Shown here: piece after piece, positions 17,430-27,067 of the stretch
Layout: each line of letters starts with the position of its first letter
Numbering within the stretch: position 1 is the first letter of the stretch
Origin: Chitinophagaceae bacterium
Lineage (GTDB): Bacteria; Bacteroidota; Bacteroidia; Chitinophagales; Chitinophagaceae
Length of the DNA: 64,000 bases
Reading direction: 5' to 3'
Assembly: GCA_043760535.1 (NCBI GenBank)
Contig: JAYUOV010000001.1
Span: 1,221-65,220, forward strand
Made by a program: the position numbers and the translations under genes
The notes under the pieces: generated by a model
Told to the model about the DNA's origin: nothing
Seen by the model: the letters and a program-made list of their open reading frames with translations, nothing else
Databases searched by the model: none

Positions 17430-18485
17430 ATGCTATTAGCACTAGACCTGGCCATGCTGCTGGAAAAATTTTTACTCATTGCTGTAATCGTAACCATTTC
17501 GTTACTATTTGCTATGTACAGCACTTATGCCGAACGTAAGGTAGCTGCATGGTTGCAAGACCGTCGTGGCCCAAACCGTGCCGGCGCATTTGGTATTTTA
17601 CAGCCATTTGCCGATGCGGTAAAACTGTTTTCAAAAGAAGATATTATTCCCAGCCATGCCAATAAAGTATTGTTTATTATGGGGCCTGGATTAGCCATGA
17701 TGGCGGCTTTAATGACGAGTGCCGTAATACCTTGGGGCAGTTCGGTAGATTTATTTGGTAGAAATATTGTTCTGCAAATAGCCGATTTAAACATTGCAAT
17801 CCTCTACGTTTTTGGAGTAGTGGCATTAGGAGTTTACGGCGTTATGATTGGTGGCTGGGCATCTAATAATAAATTTTCTTTACTGTCTGCCTTGCGTGGT
17901 GCTTCGCAAAATATTAGTTACGAACTGGCGATGGGTATATCTATTATAGCCCTAGTTATGGTTACCGGCACCTTAAGCCTTGGCGAAATGGTAGCACAGC
18001 AACAAGACCATGTATGGAATATTTTTAAACAACCGCTTGGCTTCCTCATTTTTATTGTTTGTGCTTTTGCAGAGTGTAACCGTACACCTTTCGATTTGCC
18101 AGAGGCAGAAAACGAACTCAACTTTGGATACCATCAGGAGTACTCTTCTATGAAACTTGGGTTTTACCTCTTTGCAGAGTATATAAACATGTACATCAGC
18201 AGTGCTATAATGGCCACTTTGTATTTTGGAGGTTACGATATTCCGTTTGTAAACGATGCCGCATTAGGCCATGCATGGTGGGTGGGGCTGCTCGGTTTCG
18301 GGTGCCTGATAGTAAAAACAATTTTCTTTGTGTTTGTATTTATGTGGGTACGGTGGACTATCCCCCGTTTTCGGTACGACCAACTGATGAATCTTGGGTG
18401 GAAGAGTATGATACCATTAGCTTTAGTGAATATGTTGGTAACCGGTTTCTTTATCTTATTGAAACAAAATAACTGGCATTTTTAG
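17430..18485 (+). CDS. nuoH: NADH-quinone oxidoreductase subunit H
   Basis: YAERKVAAWLQDRRGPNR, AECNRTPFDLPEAENEL and WVRWTIPRFRYDQLM are NuoH/ND1 signatures. Confidence 0.95.
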   Translation: MLLALDLAMLLEKFLLIAVIVTISLLFAMYSTYAERKVAAWLQDRRGPNRAGAFGILQPFADAVKLFSKEDIIPSHANKVLFIMGPGLAMMAALMTSAVIPWGSSVDLFGRNIVLQIADLNIAILYVFGVVALGVYGVMIGGWASNNKFSLLSALRGASQNISYELAMGISIIALVMVTGTLSLGEMVAQQQDHVWNIFKQPLGFLIFIVCAFAECNRTPFDLPEAENELNFGYHQEYSSMKLGFYLFAEYINMYISSAIMATLYFGGYDIPFVNDAALGHAWWVGLLGFGCLIVKTIFFVFVFMWVRWTIPRFRYDQLMNLGWKSMIPLALVNMLVTGFFILLKQNNWHF

Positions 18486-18505
18486 TCCCAGTAATTATTT
18501 TAGCT

Positions 18506-18892
18506 ATGAGTATTATTAAAGCACCTCTTTTGTTTAGAGGTACAAAAAACGACAAGTATTTGTACAGATTGTTTGATAACGGCGCTAACTTATCGGTAAT
18601 TCGTAAAGACCTTGCAGAACAAATAGACTTACTAATACCGCTGCGGGAACCCAATCGTATGGCAACTGCTAATGTGAACGACTTTATGGAAGTTCACTAA
18701 AAATTTGTTTGTGATTTTTTTTTGAACGATGTACGGTTGTCTGATGAGTTTTTAGTGCTGGATGATGTAAGTGAAGAAGTAATAATAGGTGCAGCTACTA
18801 TGCAAAAATGGAGAATGAAATTAGATTTTGAACACAACACCGTTTCTGTGGATAATAAAGTGGCTATACTACAGATAGTTCATTTAAAATAA
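18506..18892 (+). pseudogene. retropepsin-like aspartic protease with a single in-frame TAA (18698-18700)
   Basis: LFDNGANLSVIRKDLAEQI (D-[ST/N]-G-A site) lies before the stop. The same frame continues KFVCDFFLNDVRLSDEFLVLDDVSEEVIIGAATMQKWRMKLDFEHNTV after it. The gene lies between nuoH and nuoI. Confidence 0.6.
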
Positions 18893-18979
18893 CCCATTAA
18901 TAAAATTGGGCTGTATAGCCTATAAAAATATTTTTGCAAACATTCTTACAAAAGCAAAAAGCAGAACGCAAACCAACAA

Positions 18980-19567
18980 ATGGAAGCATTAACAAACCGT
19001 GGCAAACAAGTAAGCCGCAAACCGATGAATATTTGGGAGAAGATGTATCTTCCTTCCATCTTCAAAGGCATGGCTATTACTTTTAGCCATCTTTTTAAGA
19101 AAGTACCAACTATTAGTTATCCAGAACAAACAAGGCCATTTAGCCCGGTTTTTCGTGGATTGCATGTACTTAACAGAGATGAGGAAGGCCGTGAAAGATG
19201 CACAGCTTGTGGCCTTTGTGCTGTGGCCTGCCCTGCCGAAGCCATTACTATGGAAGGTGCCGAAAGATTACCCGGAGAAGAAAATTTATTTAGGGAAGAA
19301 AAATATGCTGCTAAATATGAAATCAATATGTTGCGGTGTATATTTTGTGGCCTGTGCGAAGAAGCCTGCCCTAAAGATGCCATTTATCTAAGCGAAACTT
19401 TTACACCAGCTAATTTTACCCGTAAAAGTTTTATTTATGGTAAAAACGATTTACTGATACCCGATCCTAATACAAACAAAGTGGCCTACGATAAAGCAGC
19501 GGCAGGAAGGGTAAGAGTAGCTGTAAGCGGCAATTCATCAGCGGCAGATTGTGATAATGGCCATTAG
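18980..19567 (+). CDS. nuoI: NADH-quinone oxidoreductase subunit I
   Basis: Two 4Fe-4S motifs: CTACGLCAVACP and CIFCGLCEEACP. Confidence 0.95.
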   Translation: MEALTNRGKQVSRKPMNIWEKMYLPSIFKGMAITFSHLFKKVPTISYPEQTRPFSPVFRGLHVLNRDEEGRERCTACGLCAVACPAEAITMEGAERLPGEENLFREEKYAAKYEINMLRCIFCGLCEEACPKDAIYLSETFTPANFTRKSFIYGKNDLLIPDPNTNKVAYDKAAAGRVRVAVSGNSSAADCDNGH

Positions 19568-19677
19568 TTATTGGTTAATACGTCGATAGGGCAATAAAAA
19601 TAGAAAAAGCATATTGACCATTGATTTATTGACACCACGAATCGATTAGCGCCCAGTTAAATTCTGAACAAATTATA

Positions 19678-20175
19678 ATGAACATTACACAAATACTTTT
19701 CTGGTTTTTAAGTGCATTGGCCGTGGGAAGTGCCTTAATGGTAGTTACTCGCAAAAATCCTGTGTACAGTGTGCTATTTCTCATTGTTACTTTTTTCGCC
19801 ATAAGTGGCCATTACATTTTAATGAACGCCCAGTTTTTGGCCATTGTAAATATCATTGTGTACGCAGGTGCTATTATGGTACTGTTTCTTTTTGTGCTGA
19901 TGCTAATGAACCTTAACAGCGAAACCGAGCCTCAGAAAAATAAATACATGATATTAAGCGGGGCTGTGGCCGGCGGTTGTTTAATGCTGATTATTATTGC
20001 AGCACTAAACACAGATATTAAAGATACGGCTTTGGATATGGGGCAAGGCAACATAGGCTTGATAAAACAGTTGGGTAAAACCCTTTATAGGGATTATGTA
20101 GTACCATTCGAAATAAGTAGTGTTTTGTTTTTAAGTGCCATGGTAGGGGCGGTGGTTATAGGAAAGAAGGATTAA
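19678..20175 (+). CDS. nuoJ: NADH-quinone oxidoreductase subunit J
   Basis: Five TM helices. VTRKNPVYSVLFLIVTFFAISGHYILMNAQFLAIVNIIVYAGAIMVLFLFV matches NuoJ/ND6. Confidence 0.9.
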   Translation: MNITQILFWFLSALAVGSALMVVTRKNPVYSVLFLIVTFFAISGHYILMNAQFLAIVNIIVYAGAIMVLFLFVLMLMNLNSETEPQKNKYMILSGAVAGGCLMLIIIAALNTDIKDTALDMGQGNIGLIKQLGKTLYRDYVVPFEISSVLFLSAMVGAVVIGKKD

Positions 20176-20307
20176 AAATTAATTTGTAAATGTGGTTAAC
20201 ATGCAAATAACCACTTTGAGTATAAAATAGTTAACCGAATTAATAAATTATGGGAAGGAATGGCAGGTTTTGTACATCTGCCAATTTCCCATTCGCTAAT
20301 TAACATC

Positions 20308-20643
20308 ATGCCAATCAATTATTACATATACCTGTCCGTCATTTTGTTTTGCATAGGTGTGGCCGGTGTGCTTACACGCCGCAATGCCATTATTGTGTTT
20401 ATGTGTATAGAGTTAATGCTCAATGCTGTAAACCTGCTGCTGGTATCGTTTAGTAAAATGCATTATGCTAAAGCCATACTTACCGATCCTAATACAACAG
20501 CCGGTACCGATGCGCAGCTATTTGTTTTCTTTATAATGGTAGTGGCGGCAGCCGAAGTAAGTGTGGGCCTTGCCATAATTGTATTAATGTACCGCAAGGT
20601 GCACAGTGTAGATATTAATTTTTTAAACAGGCTAAAAAATTAA
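20308..20643 (+). CDS. nuoK: NADH-quinone oxidoreductase subunit K
   Basis: [30 protein letters not shown] ... [13 protein letters not shown] matches NuoK/ND4L. The start is set at the internal ATG 20308. Confidence 0.9.
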   Translation: MPINYYIYLSVILFCIGVAGVLTRRNAIIVFMCIELMLNAVNLLLVSFSKMHYAKAILTDPNTTAGTDAQLFVFFIMVVAAAEVSVGLAIIVLMYRKVHSVDINFLNRLKN

Positions 20644-20731
20644 TGGATAATGGGTTAATAGATAATAGATATTCCACGGAACTTGAACCTTGTTACTTGA
20701 ACCTTGACTTTTTAATAACTGATACTTTTAG

Positions 20732-22687
20732 ATGATTAACGTACTACAATATGCATGGTTGGTGCCCATCTTTCCATTAATTGGGTTTTTACTCAATGGT
20801 CTTTTGCGTAATAAGCTTTCTAAACAAATGGTAGGCATTATCGGCAGCGGTTCGGTATTGTTATCGTTTATCGTAAGCCTGTACCTTTTTAATAATGTAC
20901 ATGCTGCCGAGCCTTATGTGGCACATTACTTCGATTTTATTGCTGTTGGTAAAATATCCATTCCTTTTGCTTTTCAGATTGATCAGCTATCTGCCATATT
21001 TCTACTAATAATTACTGGCGTAGGTACACTCATCCATATTTACTCCACGGCTTACATGCATGAGGAGGAGCCCAAACATTTTGCCCGTTACTTTGCCTAC
21101 CTCAACTTGTTTATATTTTCCATGTTGCTGCTCGTAATGGGTGCCAACTATATCATTATGTTCATTGGTTGGGAAGGTGTAGGCCTTTGCTCTTACCTGC
21201 TCATCGGCTTCTGGTTTAAGCGTACCGATTATAACAATGCCGCCAAAAAGGCTTTCATCATGAACCGCATAGGAGATTTAGGTGTGTTGCTGGCCGTTTT
21301 TTGGATGATGCAAAAATTTGGTACCGTAAACTTTACCGATCTTTTTAAAGCCATAGCCGACCAACATGCTGCTGGTACTTTAAACTTTAACGACCCGGCT
21401 TTGGTAGGCATCACATTACTACTTTTTGTAGGTGCCACCGGTAAAAGTGCACAGATACCTTTATACACCTGGCTACCCGATGCCATGGCAGGCCCAACAC
21501 CTGTTTCGGCTTTGATACATGCAGCTACCATGGTTACAGCCGGTATTTATATGATTGCCCGTAGTAACATTATGTTTACCCTTGCCACAACTACCACCCA
21601 AATCATTGCTATTGTAGGTTTGGCTACAGCAGTGTTGGCAGCAACCATTGCCTTAAAACAAAACGACATTAAAAAAGTACTGGCCTACTCTACAGTTAGC
21701 CAGCTTGGTTTTATGTTCCTAGCCTTGGGTGTAGGTTCTTACACTGGTGCCGTTTTTCATGTAATCACACATGCCTTTTTCAAAGCCCTTATGTTCTTAG
21801 GTGCAGGTTCGGTAATACACGGTATGCACCACGAGCAGGATATGCTGAATTATGGCGGCCTAAAAAAATACATGCCTGTTACACATGCCACTTTCTTAAT
21901 CGGTTGTTTGGCCATCTCTGGGGTACCATTGTTCAGTGGTTTCTTTTCTAAAGATGAAATACTAATGGGTGCATTTGCAAAAAGTCCCGTACTATATGGT
22001 ATAGGTTTAGCAGCTGCGCTGATGACCGCCTTTTATATGTTCCGCCTTTACGCCATGACTTTCCAGGGCAAGTTTAGGGGTGATGACAACCACCACCCAC
22101 ATGAAAGCCCCAAAGCCATGACGATACCTTTGGTAGTGTTGGCTATTCTTGCTGCTGTTGCCGGTTTCATAGGTATTCCTGCATTGTTTAAACCCGAAGC
22201 TCATATTTTAGAACATTACTTAGCACCCGTTTTTGAAGGGTCGGCTAAATTGGTAGAACCGCATCATATTGATCATAACACCGAGTGGGGATTATTGATT
22301 GGTTCCACAATTGTTATCCTTGGCGTTATAGCCTTTGCTTGGAACAAGTTTAGCAAATACCAAAAGACCGGTACAGAAGAAACAGGCATTGGTATGGTTC
22401 TGGAAAACAAATGGTATGTGGATGAAATTTACAATGCCATAATCGTAAAACCTCTTCTTGGATTGGGTGTATTTTTTAATAACGTGGTAGAAAAAAGGGG
22501 CATTGATAAACTGGTAAATGGCGTAGGCCGTGGGGTACAGTATGCTAGCCGTCAGTTCCGCTATCTGCAAAGCGGCGTTATTGGTAACTATATTTTAATA
22601 ATGGTAGCAGCTATTATTGTGCTGTTTTTAATAGGCTTTGGCTTTACCCCCGATTTTGGCAAAATAAAAAACCTCTTTGGTAAATAA
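20732..22687 (+). CDS. nuoL: NADH-quinone oxidoreductase subunit L
   Basis: FIGWEGVGLCSYLLIGFW, GKSAQIPLYTWLPDAMAGPTPVSALIHAATMVTAG, and a long C-terminal amphipathic arm. Confidence 0.95.
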   Translation: MINVLQYAWLVPIFPLIGFLLNGLLRNKLSKQMVGIIGSGSVLLSFIVSLYLFNNVHAAEPYVAHYFDFIAVGKISIPFAFQIDQLSAIFLLIITGVGTLIHIYSTAYMHEEEPKHFARYFAYLNLFIFSMLLLVMGANYIIMFIGWEGVGLCSYLLIGFWFKRTDYNNAAKKAFIMNRIGDLGVLLAVFWMMQKFGTVNFTDLFKAIADQHAAGTLNFNDPALVGITLLLFVGATGKSAQIPLYTWLPDAMAGPTPVSALIHAATMVTAGIYMIARSNIMFTLATTTTQIIAIVGLATAVLAATIALKQNDIKKVLAYSTVSQLGFMFLALGVGSYTGAVFHVITHAFFKALMFLGAGSVIHGMHHEQDMLNYGGLKKYMPVTHATFLIGCLAISGVPLFSGFFSKDEILMGAFAKSPVLYGIGLAAALMTAFYMFRLYAMTFQGKFRGDDNHHPHESPKAMTIPLVVLAILAAVAGFIGIPALFKPEAHILEHYLAPVFEGSAKLVEPHHIDHNTEWGLLIGSTIVILGVIAFAWNKFSKYQKTGTEETGIGMVLENKWYVDEIYNAIIVKPLLGLGVFFNNVVEKRGIDKLVNGVGRGVQYASRQFRYLQSGVIGNYILIMVAAIIVLFLIGFGFTPDFGKIKNLFGK

Positions 22688-22693
22688 TATTAC

Positions 22694-24112
22694 ATGATCC
22701 TTGTTTCGCTCATATTAATCCCTCTTGTTTTTGGCATTGCCTCCTTCTTTTTTAAAGGAAAGGATGCCGCTAAAACATTGGCACTTATTGCCTCTATTGT
22801 AACCCTAGCAGTTAGCTTTTATTCCATTAGTTTACCGGCAAGTTCGCTTACATATAACCATAGCTGGCTTACAGTGCTCAACAGTAATGTTGCTTTGGGT
22901 GTAGATGGAATGGCCAAAATATTAGTATTGCTTACTGCTATCTGCTACCCAATTATTTTAATAGCTACCGCTAACAACGAGTATAAAAATACCAATCAGT
23001 TTTACGGATTAATGCTACTAACACAGGCTGGTTTGATGGGGGTTTTTCTTTCTACCGATTGTTTGTTGTTCTACTTTTTTTGGGAATTAGCTCTTGTGCC
23101 TGCTTATTTTCTTTGCAGCCAATGGGGCGGCGAAAAACGCATTGCTGTTAGTTTCAAGTTCTTCATATACACCTTCGTGGGTTCTTTGATAATGCTTATC
23201 GGCATCATTTATCTATATTCCAAAACACCCGACCACTCTTTTGCATGGAGCAGTTTTACCAAAGTGGTGTTAACCGAAAACGAACAAAAGTATCTATTCT
23301 GGTCCTTCTTTATCGCCTTCGCTATAAAGATGCCCATCTTCCCATTCCATACGTGGCAGCCAGATGCTTATGAGCAGGCGCCAACTGCTACTACTATGGT
23401 TTTAAGTGGTATTATGGTAAAAATGGGATTGTTTGCTGTGGCTCGTTGGTTATTGCCCATCTTTCCACAAATGGTTATTAAAATGGCCGATACAGTGATG
23501 ATTCTCTCCATCATTGGCATGATTTACGCCTCGTTGATAGCCATGAAACAGGACAGTATAAAACGGATGATTGCCTATAGTTCAATAGCCCACATCGGGT
23601 TAATGTGTGCTGCTTTATTTGCCCATAACGCAGAAGCCACCCAAGGCGTGTACGTACAATTATTTAACCACGGCGTAAATGTGATTGGCCTCTGGATAGT
23701 GGCCAACGCAATAGAGCAACAAACTGGCACCACCAAAATGAGTGAACTTGGCGGACTAGCACATAAGGCTCCAGTATTAACCATTTTGTTGGTGATTATG
23801 GCATTGGCCAATATAGCCTTGCCATTAACCAATGCATTTGTGGGTGAATATCTAATGTTCAATGGCTTATTTGCTTACAAACCTTTGTTTGCAGCAGTAG
23901 CTGGAGTAAGTATTATTTTGGCAGGTGTGTACACCCTCAACATGATTCAGAAAGTATTTTTAGGCGAAGCATCCGCATTGCTTAAAGTAAAAGAAATACC
24001 CAAAAATACCATAGTAGCATTGAGCATTATAGTTGTAATGATTTTTGCCATGGGCGTTTACCCAAAACCAATGTTTCTTTTAGCGGAACAAGTAATAGGA
24101 TGGGTTAAATAA
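22694..24112 (+). CDS. nuoM: NADH-quinone oxidoreductase subunit M
   Basis: FFWELALVPAYFL, KMPIFPFHTWQPDAYEQAPTATTMVLSGIMVKMG and AYSSIAHIG. Confidence 0.95.
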   Translation: MILVSLILIPLVFGIASFFFKGKDAAKTLALIASIVTLAVSFYSISLPASSLTYNHSWLTVLNSNVALGVDGMAKILVLLTAICYPIILIATANNEYKNTNQFYGLMLLTQAGLMGVFLSTDCLLFYFFWELALVPAYFLCSQWGGEKRIAVSFKFFIYTFVGSLIMLIGIIYLYSKTPDHSFAWSSFTKVVLTENEQKYLFWSFFIAFAIKMPIFPFHTWQPDAYEQAPTATTMVLSGIMVKMGLFAVARWLLPIFPQMVIKMADTVMILSIIGMIYASLIAMKQDSIKRMIAYSSIAHIGLMCAALFAHNAEATQGVYVQLFNHGVNVIGLWIVANAIEQQTGTTKMSELGGLAHKAPVLTILLVIMALANIALPLTNAFVGEYLMFNGLFAYKPLFAAVAGVSIILAGVYTLNMIQKVFLGEASALLKVKEIPKNTIVALSIIVVMIFAMGVYPKPMFLLAEQVIGWVK

Positions 24113-24118
24113 GGTGTA

Positions 24119-24289
24119 GAAGTTCACCAAGTTCCACTGTTCAGATGTTTTGCTACAAATTGTTTATTTTTTCGAAAACAGTGAAAAGTAAAATAGTTGA
24201 ACACATAGACTTGTGAAAAAGAGAACAGGTGAACAGGTGAACAGGTGAACAGGTAAACGGCTGAACTAAAGAACGATGAACTATAAATT
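24119..24289. repeat. nuoM|nuoN spacer: period-8 word array (GTGAACAG x3-6) with an inverted partner arm
   Basis: 24222-24285 reads GAGAACAGGTGAACAGGTGAACAGGTGAACAGGTAAACGGCTGAACTAAAGAACGATGAACT. 24119-24148 reads GAAGTTCACCAAGTTCCACTGTTCAGATGT and contains the complementary words GTTCACC and CTGTTCA. Confidence 0.7.
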
Positions 24290-25702
24290 ATGAACCTGAT
24301 AATATTTGCAGCAATAGCTGGCGTAGTAATGATGATTGGCGGGCTTTTCGTTAAAGACAAACGAAGGGTTAGCGATATTGCATTGGCATGTATGCTAATG
24401 TTGCTTGCCGTTAATACCTACGAATTAAGAACTGATACATCCATTTTCCATATAAACCTCAAGGGGATGCTGGCTTTTAATTCTTTTGGGTTACTTATTA
24501 ATGAGGTGCTGCTGTTTTGCGGAGGTGTTTACTTTTTTCTGCAATCAAGAGATATTGAAAAAGTAGGCAAAAATGTTCCTGATTATTATGCACTGATATT
24601 TTTCATTTTCTGCGGTATCGGTATTGCTACATCTTTTCAGTCGTTGCTCATGTTGTTCCTTGGTATCGAAATTATTTCTATTCCGCTCTACATACTTACG
24701 GCAAGCGATAAGGAAAATATGAAGAGCAATGAAGCTGGCCTGAAGTATTTTATGATGGGTGCTTTTAGTACCGGCCTAATGCTAATGGGTATTGCCCTTG
24801 TTTATGGCGCTACAGGTTCATTTTTTATTGCAGATATTATTAAAGGAAAGCAAGCATTGGGCGATGCCCCGGCAGTTACTTCCTTGGTAGATACTTACCG
24901 CCTTATTGGAGGCTTAATTTTATTATTGATAAGTATGTCTTTTAAAGTCTCCGCCGCACCTTTCCATTTTTGGACACCCGATGTGTACGATGGTGCACCA
25001 ACCCCTTTCACGGCTTTTATGGCCACTATTGTAAAAGTGGCTGCATTGGTTGCATTTATTAAATTATTCGAAGGCACACACGATAAACTGATTGGTAAGT
25101 ATCAAATGCTTGTAGCAGTTATTATTACCGCAACCTTATTAATTGGTAATATCACCGCAGTGTTTCAGCAAAGTGTAAAAAGGATGCTGGCTTATAGTTC
25201 TATAGCACAAGCAGGGTTTATGATGTTTGCATTATTTGCCTTTAACCAGGAAGCCAAAGAAGCTATTATCCTCTACGCTGCCGCTTATTGTCTGGCTACG
25301 ATTGGCATTTTTGCCATCTTAAACCGCATGGACGATTACACTTTTGATGGCTATAATGGCCTTGCCAAAAAAGAACCCTTGCTGGCCTTGCTCAATGCAG
25401 TTTTCTTTTTGTCGCTGGCCGGCATCCCTTTAACAGCGGGCTTCTTTGCCAAGTTCTATATTGTATCTGCGGCCATGCAAAATAGTGGCAGTTATATTTG
25501 GTTATTTATCATTGCCATGCTTTGTGCAGCGGTAAGTGTGTACTATTATTTCCGGGTAATACAGGCCATGTACTTTAAAAATGGCGAAGGCCAAAAGATA
25601 GAAGCCACACCCATGTTTAAGTATGTGCTGATAGCTGTGGCAGTGCTAATCATTATTCTGGGTATTCAGCCGGGATGGCTGTTGCAGCATTTGTATTTTT
25701 AA
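24290..25702 (+). CDS. nuoN: NADH-quinone oxidoreductase subunit N
   Basis: KVSAAPFHFWTPDVYDGAPTPFTAFMATIVKVAA and LAYSSIAQAGFM match NuoN/ND2. Confidence 0.95.
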   Translation: MNLIIFAAIAGVVMMIGGLFVKDKRRVSDIALACMLMLLAVNTYELRTDTSIFHINLKGMLAFNSFGLLINEVLLFCGGVYFFLQSRDIEKVGKNVPDYYALIFFIFCGIGIATSFQSLLMLFLGIEIISIPLYILTASDKENMKSNEAGLKYFMMGAFSTGLMLMGIALVYGATGSFFIADIIKGKQALGDAPAVTSLVDTYRLIGGLILLLISMSFKVSAAPFHFWTPDVYDGAPTPFTAFMATIVKVAALVAFIKLFEGTHDKLIGKYQMLVAVIITATLLIGNITAVFQQSVKRMLAYSSIAQAGFMMFALFAFNQEAKEAIILYAAAYCLATIGIFAILNRMDDYTFDGYNGLAKKEPLLALLNAVFFLSLAGIPLTAGFFAKFYIVSAAMQNSGSYIWLFIIAMLCAAVSVYYYFRVIQAMYFKNGEGQKIEATPMFKYVLIAVAVLIIILGIQPGWLLQHLYF

Positions 25703-25714
25703 AAGAAAAGACTG

Positions 25715-25740
25715 AATCCTGCTAAAGCAGGATTTTTATT
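25715..25740 (+). terminator. Rho-independent terminator ending the nuo operon
   Basis: AATCCTGC-TAAA-GCAGGATT followed by TTTATTT. Confidence 0.7.
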
Positions 25741-26098
25741 TGAGTAATATCGAAAAATTTAATATTGAAAATTAATAGAGTATAAAAAGATTGCTTTTTT
25801 TAGAATCGCTTTCTTGATAATAGTAGCACAGACTGCAAACTAGTTAATCCTGTTTTTTACTACAATGCTAGTTTAGGATACTTATTTCGAAATCAACTGT
25901 TTTCGCAAATAATTAATACCTTAAACCTATTCTTTTTCTAATGGCATTAAGAATATTTCCATTCTATATTACGAAAGCTCTTGCTCAGTACCACAGCAAA
26001 TAATAATTATTAAAATCAACAGGAGCGAACTGCTGGGTACTTCCTAATTCCTATTGACCATTGACTTATAGATTATAAAAAGGATAAACCATCAATTC

Positions 26099-26917
26099 AT
26101 GTCCCTCGAAAATTTCTCTCTCAAAGACAAGGTAATCGTAGTAACCGGCGGAACCGGTATTCTTGGTTATTCATTTATAAAAGGCATCGTAGCAGCCGGA
26201 GGCAAAGTAGGTATCCTGGGCCGCAATGCCGAAGTGGCCAACCAACGGGCCGATGAAATAAATGCCGCCGGTGGCGAAGCCATTGCTCTAATAGCAGATG
26301 CGATGGATGAAGCCCAACTGGTAGCAGCCCGGGAAGCCGTGCTGGCCAAATGGGGCCGAATAGACGGTCTGGTAAATGCAGCAGGCGGCAATGCCCCCGA
26401 AGGCGTATTACAACCTGACCAAAGCATTTTTGCTATGAGCATGGCCGGTATGAAAAAAGTGATGGACATCAATCTGTGGGGCACCATTATACCCACTCAG
26501 ATTTTTGGCGAAGCCATAGCCAAAAGCGGCAAAGGCAGTATAGTAAACATCAGTAGCATGAACAGCAAACGGGCCATTACAAAAGTGCTCGGTTACAATA
26601 TGGGCAAGGCTGCCGTAGATTGCTACAACCAATGGTTTGCTGTAGAACTGGCAAACCGCTACGGCGATAAAATCCGCATGAATGCATTGGCTCCGGGCTT
26701 TTTCCTCACCGAACAAAACCGTAACCTGCTTACCACGCCGGATGGCGGCTACACCGAACGGGGCCAGAAAGTAATTACCCAAACGCCCTTTAAACGTTTT
26801 GGCGAACCCGAAGAGCTAATTGGAGCATTGGTATGGCTGCTCAGCGACGCATCAAAATTTGTAACAGGCTCCATGATTTGTGTAGATGGTGGCTTCAGCA
26901 TTTTTGGCGGGGTTTAG
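26099..26917 (+). CDS. SDR-family oxidoreductase, likely D-mannonate/fructuronate oxidoreductase (UxuB-like by context)
   Basis: VTGGTGILG cofactor motif and the ISSMNS...YNMGKAA catalytic Ser/Tyr/Lys pattern. It lies directly upstream of uxuA. Confidence 0.75.
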   Translation: MSLENFSLKDKVIVVTGGTGILGYSFIKGIVAAGGKVGILGRNAEVANQRADEINAAGGEAIALIADAMDEAQLVAAREAVLAKWGRIDGLVNAAGGNAPEGVLQPDQSIFAMSMAGMKKVMDINLWGTIIPTQIFGEAIAKSGKGSIVNISSMNSKRAITKVLGYNMGKAAVDCYNQWFAVELANRYGDKIRMNALAPGFFLTEQNRNLLTTPDGGYTERGQKVITQTPFKRFGEPEELIGALVWLLSDASKFVTGSMICVDGGFSIFGGV

Positions 26918-27067
26918 TTTTCTGTGTCCTCCGCTGGCGGAGGTGGCCAGTTCTTGCCGGACGGAGGTGGTTCTTTCTCTTTGTGAAACTTTGTCCCTTC
27001 GTTCTTTGTGGCTAAAAATATTTTTTCATCCAATATACTAACCCTTTCCTTTAGGCTTGGGAAAAAA

